Of a DNA stretch of 64,000 nucleotides, positions 1 through 12,500 are shown one piece after another (position 1 is the first letter of the stretch; each line of letters begins with the position of its first letter). The stretch covers positions 233,313,741 to 233,377,740 of the forward strand of contig CM041465.1 in NCBI GenBank assembly GCA_023213395.1, written 5' to 3'. This stretch comes from Cycas panzhihuaensis (lineage: Eukaryota; Plantae; Cycadophyta). The translations under genes and the position numbers were made by a program. The notes beneath the pieces were generated by a model. That model ran no database searches, was not told the DNA's origin, and worked only from the letters and a program-made list of their open reading frames with translations.

Positions 1-507
1 ATGTACATGTTAAGATGTAGCTTTTGACATATTGAAGTTTGGATTCTAAGATAGTGGATCTGGAAAGATTATACTTTTATGCATTTTTCAAGCAAAATTT
101 TTTAATGCATTTTTAGAAATATGACTTCACCATCTTATTAGAAATGACATTCCGAATACTTTTTTCTTCTATTATAAATTTAAATTCCATCATTTAGGCC
201 TTCAGATTTGTAATTTTAAAAAAAATTTATTTATTTATCATTATTTATAAATTTTATGAAAAAATCACAAAAATAGGGCAAAATAGCATGCATCTAGTTT
301 TAGAAAAATCAATATTTTAGTGGCAAGTTAATTCACTTTTTAGCCCTTTATGTCTTTTGTATTGAAATTTCTAAAAACATATTTAGAAACATTGTACTAA
401 AGCAAGGGAAATCTTAGATCAGAAGCAACATCCAATTCCCCTGCTAAATCTAGTACGCTTTTTCTATTTACACACATAGTATAAAGCATCATATAAAGTA
501 GCAATAA

Positions 508-1149
508 TGTTGGGTATTGTGACAACAATTATAGGCCTAAAATTATGGCCTATTTTAGCACGATTTCCCCCCCTAATCTTTCTTAAGGGGTTCCAAGGGG
601 GGAAGGAGCCCCCTTGGCCAAGGGGTGTGGGGGGGTGGAACGCCCCCCATTAGGAGGGGGTTCGGGGGCGATAGCCCCCAATCCGAAAAATTAACCATGT
701 AAACCTTATTAAAGTGTAAAGAGAATCTGATTCGTACAATAAAAATATCCTAGATTCTACGGTTGAGATTTTAGGTCTTGGATATCCTCTCATGTAGCCC
801 GTTTTAGGGCTTTTCTTATTATGTTGTAATGTTATGCAATGTACTATGAAGAGGGCAGTGGCTAATTATTGTTCCAGAGAGTACTCTGTATCTGTGATGT
901 ACTATTTTCTCCATTTTGTAGCAATAAAGATCGATACCTTTCCTATGTGGATGTTTCCCTAGCACACTGCTAGGGTTTTACCACGTTATATTGGGTGCAC
1001 ATGTGATGTTTGGCTTTCATTGTCTTGTTACTATATAATCTCTGATTTTAAGAACTTGCATGTAATTGTATGTTTTATTTCTATAACTAGTTATAAGAAA
1101 GTAATAGATCTTGGTGGTTGCCAGAGGGTTGGACCTTCTATTCTCAATA
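508..1149 (+). repeat. 5' LTR of copia element 1 (642 bp)
   Basis: Direct repeat of 5120-5762 with roughly 40 substitutions counted by eye (~6%), mostly transitions; terminal CA mutated to TA. Confidence 0.95.
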
Positions 1150-1151
1150 AG

Positions 1152-1162
1152 TGGTATCAGAG
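1152..1162 (+). promoter_or_regulatory. Primer binding site (tRNA-iMet)
   Basis: TGGTATCAGAG 2 bp after the LTR end. Confidence 0.95.
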
Positions 1163-1221
1163 TCACTCTTTTCCTTACAACGAGTGTGTGAAGGTTTTTG
1201 GTATTAGCTTTTCTACACCAA

Positions 1222-4200
1222 ATGGTGAAACTGGTGAGTGAAAAGTTTGAGGTGGAGAAATTTAATGGCAAGAATAACTTCGAGTTGTGGAAGCTAAAAG
1301 CATACGATATTCTTATACAGCAGGGTTTGTATAAAGCCCTTATAGGAAAATCAAAGAAACCCGTGGGGATGGACGATGATGAATGGGATGATTTAGACAA
1401 AAAGGTACTTAACACAATACGATTGTGCTTGGCGGATGAAGTTTTATTTAACATCGCAGGGGAGCAAACGACAGCAAGATTATAGACTCGGTTAGAAGGC
1501 CTATATATGACCAAATCAATAACGAACTGAATCTACCTAAAGAGGCAACTGCCTGGTTCATGTATGAAGGAAGGTATAAAAATCGCTGACCATTTAAATA
1601 TTTTCAATACTCTTATTTGCCAATTAACTAGTATTAATATTAAAATTGAGGATGAAGACAAGGCAGTTACCCTGTTATGCTCATTACCCAAATCCTAGGA
1701 TAATATTGTCACCTCAATTAGTTTTAGCACTATAGATGAATTGGAATATGACTTTGTTGTGAGTGCTTTGCTAATGGAAGAAGTGCAGAGGAAGTCTAGT
1801 CTTGAAACGTCCACACCAAAAGCCATGACAGTAAGGGGTAGAACATTTGAGAGAGGATAAAACTCCAGGGATACATTGGGATCCAAGTCAAAGAGCAAAA
1901 AGAGTAAGCTCAGGTGTTGGCATTGTAATAAGATCGGTCACCTCAAGAAGGATTGTTACAAAAGGAAGGAATTCTAGAAAAAAGAAGATCCTACCAAGGA
2001 GGCAAATTAGGTGGAGTCGAATGAAGGTATGGATGATGATGTCTTGGTTACTTGTAATGTTTCTCATTATCACCATGACTGGTTATTAGATTTAGGTGCT
2101 TTGCACCACATGTGTCCACACAGGAGTTAGTTCTCATCATACCAACCTCTTAATGGTGGTGATGTGTTTATGGGAAACAAAGTTTCTTGTAAGATAGTGG
2201 GCATTGGTAGCATCAGAATTAAGATGTTCAATGGGGTAGTCAGAACATTAACTAAGGTTAAACATGTACCTGATTTAAAAAAGAACCTGATTTCCTTGGG
2301 TGAATTAGATTCGGGTGGTTTTAAGCATACAGGTCATGAAAGAGTCCTAAAGGTGTCAAAGGGCACCTTGGTTGTTATGAAAGCCTTAAAGAGAGGAAAA
2401 CTTTATATTTTAGTGGGAAGTATAGATGTCATCCAAGTAGCTACAATGTCAAAGACTGCAGAAGATCCTGCTCAGCTATGGCATCAAAGACTTGGGCACA
2501 TGAGTGAGAAAGGACTTAAGGTACTGATAAATCGTAAGTTACTTCCTAACTTGCAGCTTTCAGATTTAGCTTTTTGTAAATATTGTATTTTTGGAAAATA
2601 GTATAGACTCAGGTTTAAAGTAGGGAGTCACACTAGTAAAGGCATTCTGAATTATATACATTTAGATGTATAGGGGCTAGCCCCTAAAATATCTTGTGGA
2701 GGATCATTATATTTTGTCACATTTATAGATGATTACTCCAGGAAGGTATGGGTCTATTTTTTGAAAAGGAAATCTGAAGTTTTCAGTGTGTTTAAGCAGT
2801 TCAAGGCTTTAGTTGAGAATAGTACTGGTAAGATAATTAAATGTTTAAGAACTGACAATGGAGGTGAGTTTAACTCCTTGGAATTTAAGAACTATTGCAG
2901 AGAAGCTAGGATTGAAAGACACAAGACCACTAGCTATACTCTGCAGCAAAATGGCATTGCTGAGCATATGAATAGGACACTCCTGGAAAGAGCAAGAAGT
3001 ATGCTAAGTAATGCAGGAGTGGAGCAAGGCTTGTGGGCAGAAGCTGTTTAAATAGCTTGCTATCTGGTAAATAGGTCACCATCAGTTGCAATAGATTGTA
3101 AGATTCCTAAAGAGGTATGGACTAGACATCCATGTGATTTGTCAAATTTAAAAGCTTTTGGTTATGATGCTTATGCCTGGACTGACAAAAGCAAACATTC
3201 AAAGTTAGACCCAAAATCCAAGAGATATATCTTTGTTGGTTATGGTGATAAGGATGGTGTGAAGGGATACAGGTTGTGGGATCCTACTGCCCACAAAATG
3301 ACCATTAACAGAGATGTCATATTTAATGAATCTCCCCTTGTAAAATCAGATAGTGTAGAAGCTAAAATAAAATAGGAGCAACAGGATGAACATCAATAAG
3401 TTAAGTTTGAAATGCAGCCATCTGTGAAATCAGAAGAGCATGAAGATCTTTCTGAAGATGAATCAGCAGCAAATTCACAGGAGTATGTGGATACTCCTCT
3501 ACCAATAGTTAGAAGATCTACATGAGTCAGTCATCCACCTGATAGGTACAGCCCTTCTATTTCTATTGCTTTAGTTTCTAATGATGGTGAGCCCACATGT
3601 TATCAGAAAGCAGTAGATGATATTCATGGAGAGAAGTGGATAAGGGCTATGCAAGAAGAGATAGATGCCTTGAAGAAAAATCATTCATGGGACTTGGTAG
3701 AACTTCCACATGGCAAGAAGACTATTGGTTGCAGGTGGGTTTTCAAAAAGAAAATGGATGTTGATAGAAAGGTTGATAAATATAGGGCACGACTGGTGGC
3801 AAAAGGCTTTGCACAGAAAGCAGGTATTGACTTTCATGAGATCTTTTCACTAGTTGTTAAACTTGTCTCAATTTGAGTGCTGTTAGCATTGGTAGCTTCT
3901 CTCGATTTGGAGTTGGAGCAGTTAGATGTAAAAATAGCTTTTCTACATGGAGATTTAGATGAGGAGATCTATATGGATCAACCAGAGGGGTTTGTACAAG
4001 ATGGCAGGAAAAGACTTGTTTGCAGGCTCAGGAAATCATTGTATGGCATGAAGCAATCACCCAGGCAGTGGTACAAGAAGATTGATTATTCATTATCTTG
4101 GTGTTATATATTGATGACATGCTGGTTGCAAGCAAGAGCATGGTAGAAATCAACAAGCTAAAGGCTCAATTGGCTAGGACTTTTGATATGAAGGATCTAG

Positions 4201-5072
4201 GAGCTGCAAAACAAATCTTAGGCATGGAGATACACAGAGACAGGAAAAGTGGTAAGCTATGGTTATCATAGCAGAAATATGTGGAGAAGGTACTAACTAG
4301 GTTTGGGATGGAAAATGTGAAACTAGTGAGTATCCCTTTGGCTTCCCACTTCAAGCTTTCATCTAATATGAGTCCTAGTAGTGAAGAAGAAAAGGCTTAT
4401 ATGTCTTGTGTGCCTCATGCCAGTGCAATAGAAAGTTTGATGTATGCCATGGTATGTACAAGACCTAATATTTCACATGCAGTTAGTGTAGTTAGCAAGT
4501 TTATGGCAAAACCAGGAAAGGAGCATTGGGTTGTAGTGAAATGGGTGCTTCGGTATTTGAGAGGCACTAGTGATTACTGCATCACCTTTGGAGGTACAGG
4601 TAATCAGGTTTATGGATATGTTGATTTAGATTTTGCAGGAGATTTAGACAAAAGAAGGTCTACTTCAGGTTATGTTTTCACTCTTGTAAATGGTCCAGTT
4701 AGTTAGATGTCTAAATTATAGAGCACAATTGCACTGTCAACCACAAAAACTGAATATATTACTGCAGCACATGCTTGTAAAGAGGCAATCTAGTTACAGG
4801 GTCTATTGGTTGAGCTTGGAAGGAGACAGGAAAATGTAAAGGTATTTTGTGACAGTTAAAGTGCTATTTACCTAGCCAAGAATCCAGCTTATCACAGTAG
4901 AACAAAGCATATTACTTTAAAGTACCATTTTGTTAAATAGGTTGTGGAAGCAGGTGGAGTGCCACTTGAGAAGATTTACACCAATCAGAATTATGCTGAT
5001 ATATTCACTAAACCAGTACCATTAGAGAAGTTCAAATGGTGTTTGACTTCTGTTGGCTTGCAGAAAAGATGA
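1222..5072 (+). pseudogene. Copia gag-pol polyprotein pseudogene
   Basis: KFEVEKFNGKNNFELWK (gag), CWHCNKIGHLKKDC zinc knuckle, WLLDLGA protease, LWHQRLGH and LRTDNGGEF integrase, YRARLVAKGF and YIDDML RT, DFAGDLDKRRSTSGY RNase H. Many TAG/TAA/TGA stops and a deletion near 4085. Confidence 0.95.
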
Positions 5073-5108
5073 TGAAGGATCCAGGAAAGGTAGCGGGTAA
5101 TTGTTGTC

Positions 5109-5119
5109 AAGGTGGAGAT
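5109..5119 (+). promoter_or_regulatory. Polypurine tract of copia element 1
   Basis: AAGGTGGAGAT directly before the 3' LTR TG. Confidence 0.9.
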
Positions 5120-5762
5120 TGTTGGGTATTGTGACAACAATTATAGGCCTAAAATTATGGCCTATTTTAGCGCGATTTCCCCCCCAAATCTTTCTTAAGG
5201 GGTTCCAAGGGGGGAAGGAGCCCCCTTGGCCAGGGGGTGTGGGGGGGGTGGAACGCCCCCCACTAGGAGGGGGTTCGGGGGCGATAGCCCCCAATCTGAA
5301 AAATTGACCATGTAAACCTTATTAAAGTGTAAAGAGAATTAGGATCGTACAATAAAAATACCCTAGATTCTACGGTTGAGATTTTAGGTCTTGGATGTCC
5401 TCTCATGTAGCTCGTTTTAGGGATTTTCTTATTATGTTGTAATGTTATACAATGTACTGTGAAGAGGGCGGCGGCTGATTATTATTCCAGAGAGCACTCT
5501 ATATCTGTGATGTACTATTTTCTCCATTCTGTAACAATAAAGATCGATACATTTCCTGTATGGATGTTTCCCTAGCACACTGCTAGGGTTTTACGACATT
5601 ATATAGGGTGCACATGTGATGTTTGGCTTTCATTATCTTGTTACTATATAATCTCTGATTTTAAGAACTTACATGTAATTGTATGTTTCATTTCTGTAAC
5701 TAGTTGTAAGAAAGTAATAGATCTTGCTGGCTGTTAGAGGGTTGGACCTTCTATTCTCAACA
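5120..5762 (+). repeat. 3' LTR of copia element 1 (643 bp)
   Basis: TGTTGGGTATT...CTCAACA followed by TSD AATAA. Confidence 0.95.
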
Positions 5763-6573
5763 AATAATAACAAAGCAAGCACGGAAGGCAAGCAAGCACA
5801 TTTGGTAACTTTCTATTTTAGTTTTTAGTTGTTTGAAAATAACTTACATTATTCCTAAAAAAAATCCCATCCATATGATTTATACCACCAGTTATTGACT
5901 TGTGCGCACACTCACCTTGGTTGAAATAAACCATGGTTGGCCGAAGTCCAGGTCCCAAGGTAGGTGTGAGTTTCATACTAGGTATGGTCTTAACCAGAAT
6001 AGTGGTGGAAGGACAACTTAGTCATACCTACGGCCTCCAATTAGGGATAATCCTGATAACTACCTAAGAAAACAGAAAATCTTAATATAAGATTAAAATT
6101 AACCTGGTCCAATATCCGTCATAGCCATGGGATATGCAGATACCATTTGACTCTTTGGAGGAAGTATATAACTATTCAATGGTAAACTGAGTGAGGACTG
6201 AGAGTACCTGGGCTCTACTGTGACTTAGATTTCATCACCAAGTATAGGTGCAGGTATCGTAGGTGAATGTCCTAATCATATACTAGAAGCCTTAAGCATC
6301 AAAACCTCACCTACATTTGGATATAAGTTAGAGGTTAGTGGCATGACACATCACCGCTCTTTGCCAACTCTACATTAGACCTCATTCTTGTATTATTGCT
6401 TATACTCAATTTTCATAGTTGTTGAAAAATACTTAATCATTGCTTACTTCTCATCCTAGCATTTATTTATACATCTCTGTTGCACCAGGTGTACTAGTTA
6501 CACATGTTAATGACATACTTTTATCATCTCTTCTACTTCTTTATTATTACCATGCCATTTTAATTTAAATAGA

Positions 6574-9500
6574 ATGTCAACTGCATATTGAAAGGTAAAG
6601 AAAATTAGGATTTGTAGTACCCCAGAGTTAAAAATGCTATAAAGTATGAAGACCTTTGGAGAGCCCACTTGTAGCCTACACCCATCATACCTGCAACCGC
6701 TACAATACCTTCTTCTGGTGGATCTTGAAAAGATTCATACAAGAATTTTATTGGTTACTGATCACTCCTTGCATAACTTGATTAATGAAGAGTAACATGA
6801 TATAGCTTAGAAAGTCCTTGAAGTTCTCAAGAAGAACTTAGATACTAAGTCAGATTTAGAATTTGTTTATCTTATTTTGAAAATGAACAAATTAAAAATG
6901 CAGAAGGTATGAGCTCATGAGAAAAATAAATCACCTTCAACCAATAAAATAAGAAATTGATAAAGATTTTAAGACCTAATGCATCACTTGGATATTCTTG
7001 ATCTAATCATGTCTGCATGTCCCTAATTATAAAAGCTTACTTGGAAGTCTTCAATCTAGTGGAACATTGAAGACACTTAACTTCGAAGCATTTGCCAAGA
7101 AGTTCATAGAATTTTACAAGACCTTTGATACCAACTTTGTAGCTTTTGACTCTCTTCTAGATGCAGCCTTTAAGATGGAAGAAGAAGCTTGCTACACAAA
7201 AAGTCAAGGTATCTCTCATGGTAGAGGAAATAATTGAGTAAGAGGAAGAGGAAGAAACATGGGAAATCATCCACAAGGTCAACCAAACCCTCAGTCACAA
7301 TCTCGATGGTCTCAAGGCTAAGGGCCACCTCAACAAAAAGTAAGATAGTCAGACTAAACTAGTACATCTTCAGGGATTGGTAATTAAACTATTATGTATG
7401 ATCAGTATAACTATGAAAGACACTTTACAAAAGATTATAGAACTGCCACTTATAAGTTGGCTAAGTTCCAACCAAAACATAGAGCTCACAATGTTGAAGA
7501 AACTTATGAAGAATCCTTTAGTGGTACAGATTTCATATAAGCACACTTTTAAAGAATTGAGGGATCTTCGATATCAAATACCATTAGCCAATCAAAGAGA
7601 TACTTTGAAGCTCAATGTGGATATATCACTTGTAAATTCCTTTCACCAATACCAATCCCTATTGGAATTACAAATAGTGTGGCTTCAATTGATGGACAAT
7701 GGATTATAGACACATGAGCAACTCAACATATGACATGCAATCACAATCTATATTAAACATTTGACTCAAATGTTAAAGTAGTTATTCACATGGCTAATAA
7801 ATCACAACAACCTATTGAAGGAATTGGTAACATTTGCCTGAAACTCTCACACTTAAGAGATTTTACATTGCTTGATGTCTTATACATACCTAATCTCAAA
7901 TAAAACCTACTCTCTTTATCTACACTTGTCTCTCATGGATTTAATCTAAGTGTAACTACAAATGACTAGACTCTTTAGGTCATTCACCCTCCAACTGATC
8001 AAGTGGTCATGACTGGACATCTCTCTAGCAAATTCTTTTGATAGAATGGCTTTCCATCTTTTGAACCCCATTGTGCCTAAAGCCCTTATGTCAATGAAGA
8101 ATTTGTATTTAACTTCATCCTAACCTACCTAACATTGTCACTAGAAGCTCTTTGGCATACTCACATGGTCCATGTTCATATCGATAAACTTAGAGATCTT
8201 TATAACACTCTTCTAAATATTCTAAAGTTCTCCAACAAGCCGTTCAAATGTGAAGCTTGTATCATTTCTAAATCTCAACGATAACCCTTTCCTAAAAGTC
8301 AGTGGAAATCAAGCCATCCATTACAATTGGTACACTCTAATCTATGTGGACCAATGCCCATTTCTTCATGGAAGGGCAAGTTATATTACATCTCTTTCAT
8401 TGATGATTTTACTAGAAAAGTATGGGTAGCTTTTTTACACAAGAAAGATAAAACCTTCCATGTATTCAAAGAAATCAAAGCCCACACTAAAAAAGAGTTA
8501 GGTTATCAACTCAAATATCTTCGAATTGATAATGATGGCAAATATACTTCGCATGATGAACCAGTCATGGCTGAGGCAGTGGGTAGTCATTATGGACTAA
8601 TGGCATCCAATTGGAGGAAACTGGGGGATAGAAGTCCTAGATCTTCTCCTCTATCTTCAAGGCAGAGCTGGATTGAATGGTGCCCTCTGAGTTGGTAGAG
8701 GCTTCAAGTGGCACCAAAGTAAAAGGTCCAAAGCCAAAATGATAGACAAAGGGTGATAGCAAGTTTAAGACTAAAGAGAAATATGTTCTCATGTATCTAA
8801 TGGCCAAGGTATATCTATGGTTTGGTAAGTAACCAACCTGTTTTAAAATTTTCTTCTTGAATATGGACAAGGATCAAATCTTCCAAAACTAGAATAATAA
8901 CCCTTCTCAGGAGAGATCTTACTCTGAAGTATTAAGATCCAACAATGAAGAGACTTATGATTTAAACCCCATTATTCTAGATAACAAAGTCAAACTGAAA
9001 ATCCCCCTAGGTCTAGTGGAGAAAACTAAGAAATTCTAGGAGAATTACCTCGTAGGTCGCTTCTCTGGGCCTAGACCCTAGCTAGAATCTGTTAGAAGCT
9101 AGACTAGGACCAAATGGAAGATGGTAGGAAATGTGGAGGTTATTGCAATGCCAAAGGGCTACGTACCATTTAAATTTATCTCTCAAGAAGATATGACTAA
9201 TATTCTCCTAAAAGCCCCTTAGATGTTAGGGAGGAAAGCATTAATCCTCAAAAAATGGCACAGGGACTTTAATCCTTTGGTTCCTAGGGTCAAGCAAGCA
9301 CCCATTTGGGTCTAGTTGCTAGGTCTCCCATTATAATACTGGAATCTAGAGATACTGAATGGGATTGCGAAAGTTGTGGGACCTCTATTAGTTATGGATT
9401 ATGTAACCAAATATAAGTAGACTTATCAATGGCAGGTTCTATGCTCTAGCCAGGATTGGAAAACCCCTCCTAGAAGAATTATGGATTGACATGGAAGATC

Positions 9501-12500
9501 AAACATGGGCCCAATCCCTGATATACGAAATAGATAACTTTAGGTGTTTGGCATGCAGGTGATTAGGTCATTTACCTTAGAAATGCCCAGGGGAAAAGTA
9601 TACAAGGGGAGAAAAATAGGAAGGAAAGTTGGAGAACCGTCAAGAGGTGACAGAACCTCATGAATTGGTGTAAAATGAATGCTCCCTAAAGATGCAAGAC
9701 GAACATACCCTAGAGATGTAAGATGTTCCACCTCTGGAGGTCCAAGTTGATAACCCTCCTAAGGTGAAAACAAGAACTCTAAGGGGGCTGCAATGTGAGA
9801 CTTATCACCAAGGGGTTATGGACCTCAGGTTTGATCCTAACAAGGAGGACACCCTTTCTAAAACAGGGGAATAGGAGGTTCAGGTGCTAGGTCCTCAAGA
9901 GCTAGAAAGGGTAGGCATATAAGAGGAAATTACCCTTGCAGGTCTAGGGGCATTGAGTTACCCCCCTTTGACCCACTCAGAAGAGGCTCAGTAGAAGATT
10001 TTAGATGTGGGTTCCAAACAATGGGTGGGTAGGCCTCCCATGAAATTGGTTAGAGAAAGGGAAACGACTACCCAAGTGGATCAAGGCAACTAGAAAACTC
10101 TTAATGATGGCTTCCTCGAAGGGCCCAGACTCAAACCTCGCACTGAAGGATGGGACCTACCTAAAGGTGAGGCCTCAGAGGTCTAGAAGCAAAGAAGGAA
10201 GAGATAAAACTCATCTCGTGGAATGTTAGGGGCCTTAATGCCCCTTCAAAACAAAGGATTTTAAGAGACTTAAGAACTAAAGAACGACCAGATCTTATGT
10301 TCTTATAAGAAACAAAGTTAAACTTGGACAACAATCTTAAAGCTAGAAATAAAATTTGGAGGAAAACTAAAGGTATAGAAGTAGGTAGCACTCAAGGGGC
10401 TGGGAGTTTATTGGTGATGTAGAACCTAAATGAATGGCTTAAGGAAACTTTTAAGGTGGAGGACTCATTTATTTCCTTATGACTAACCAATAGAAAGAAT
10501 AACTTGAGATGGTTGGCTACAAATGTGTATGCTCCAAACCTTCAAGAGGATAGGAAGAGGCTTTGGGATAGAATCTTAGTAGTTCATACAAATTGCAGAG
10601 CTCCCTAGTTACTAGTGGGAGACTTTAACATGATGTTATTTCCAGGTGACAAGAAAGGGGGTCAAGAAGGCTAGACAAATAGAATGCATGAGTTTGGAGG
10701 GTTCTTGCAGAAGGGGGGTTTTGTGGATGTAAAGTTGAGAGGTGCATCATTCACCTGGTCCAATAAAAGGCTAGGCAAGCATCTCATCCAAATTAAGTTG
10801 GACAGAGTGCTGGTCAACTATGACTAGGTGAGAAGCTTTAGTGACTTTACTCTGGAGACTCTTCCAAAAACAAGATCAAATCACTCTCCCCTTCATCTTC
10901 AATTTTTAGATTTAGAAAATCACATTGGCTCTCCCTTTAGATTTGAAATGATGTAGTTCAGACACCCAGACTTCCAAAAAAGAGTGGAGGAATGGTGGAA
11001 CGTCCAAATTCACAGGCACGCCATGTTCAGATTTACGAAGAAGCTAGATTGGGTGAAAAGACAGGTGAAAATTTGGAATAAGGATGTCTTCTAGGACATA
11101 CATAAGCTCAAAGACCAAATCAGTGTGGACCTAAAGGATATTGAATGTAGGATATAGCAGGAGGGAATATCCCAAGAGTTGGATAAGACAGAAAGGGATC
11201 TGGTTGATCGCCTTGAGGAGATTCTTATTAAAGAAGAAATTCACTGGAGGTAGAAGTCTAGGGCCACTTAGCTCGCTGAAGGGGATAAAAACACTAAATT
11301 TTTTTATATGACTACAATAAGGCATAGAACCAGTAATAGGATAACCAATCTTCATAAGGAAGACAGCTCTATATTCATTCCACATAGCAGATGAAGGACC
11401 TGGCTAGTGATTATTTCAAAGATCTATTTACCGAACCGCAGGAAGGGAATATGGATGTTAGGAAGGATTTATTGTGGAACATTCCTTGCTTGGTTAATGA
11501 ATCTCATAACTCATAGCTGACCTTTTATTTAAGAGGAGGTCAAATTGGCGATTTTTGGCATAAAGATAGATAAAGCTCTTGGCCTGGATGGCTTCCCTCT
11601 AGATTTTTTCTAGGAATTTTGGGATATAATTAAGGACAATCTTATGGAAGCATTATAGGAGTTTCATTCAAACCATAAGATCCTTCAAGAATGGCAAGCC
11701 ATATTTCTAGTTGTTATCCCGAAGAAGGAGGGGGATAACAAGATGGAGGAGTTCTGCCCTATCAACCTCTACAATATCAAATATAAGATTTTAACCAAGG
11801 TTATGGTCAATGGACTAAAAAAGGTTATGCCTAGCATAATTTCCCAGAATTAGGATGGATTTATTCAAGGTATACAAATCATAGATGGTATTATTATGGT
11901 GTATGCAATCATCCACTCAATTTTCAATTATGCCCTATTGGCCAAATTAGGTCGTGCTTAATTAAAGATGGCAAAAGACTATGGGAGAAGATCCTCATTC
12001 AAAAGTATCTTCAAGGTTGCTCACTCCTAGAGAACCCGGTTACCCCCTCTAGCTCAGTGATTTGGAGGAGCATCCTTAAAGCTTGGAATATAATGAGAGC
12101 AGGATTGAAATGGAAACTAGGTAATGGAAACATTATAAGATTTTGGGAGGACACCTAGTCTAGGGACAAAGGTTTGAAGCACTTCCTTAACTTAGCCCCC
12201 CTCTAGGTCCCATGTGAAAGGACATATGGCTTTTATGTGAAGGATTATTAGACTGGGATGGGGAGAGACAAAAAGTGAAGGAATTTGGATGAGCTCCAAA
12301 ATAAGTGCTTACATCAGGATGACCTTACTAAGCTTAAAAGGATTCTCGATAAATGCTATATTCCTAGGACTGACACAATGGACACTATGGTATGGCCTTC
12401 AAACCAATTTGGAGAGTACTTTGTTAAGCAAGGTTATCTCTTCCTCTGTACTGAGAGAGGAGACAAAAAGGATGAGGCTCTAGAAGGGGTGTGGAAACTA

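Larger units (their letters stand above)
508..5762 (+). mobile_element. Complete Ty1/copia LTR retrotransposon (Tork/Tnt1-like), inactivated
   Basis: LTRs at 508-1149 and 5120-5762 (TGTTG...CAAT/CA), perfect 5-bp TSD AATAA (503-507, 5763-5767), PBS TGGTATCAGAG, PPT AAGGTGGAGAT, domain order gag-PR-INT-RT-RH. Confidence 0.97.

Noticed and set aside
6184-6215. CTGAGTGAGGACTGAGAG as a possible ribozyme core in the structured leader
   Set aside because: Does not fit CUGANGA spacing with a GAAA partner.
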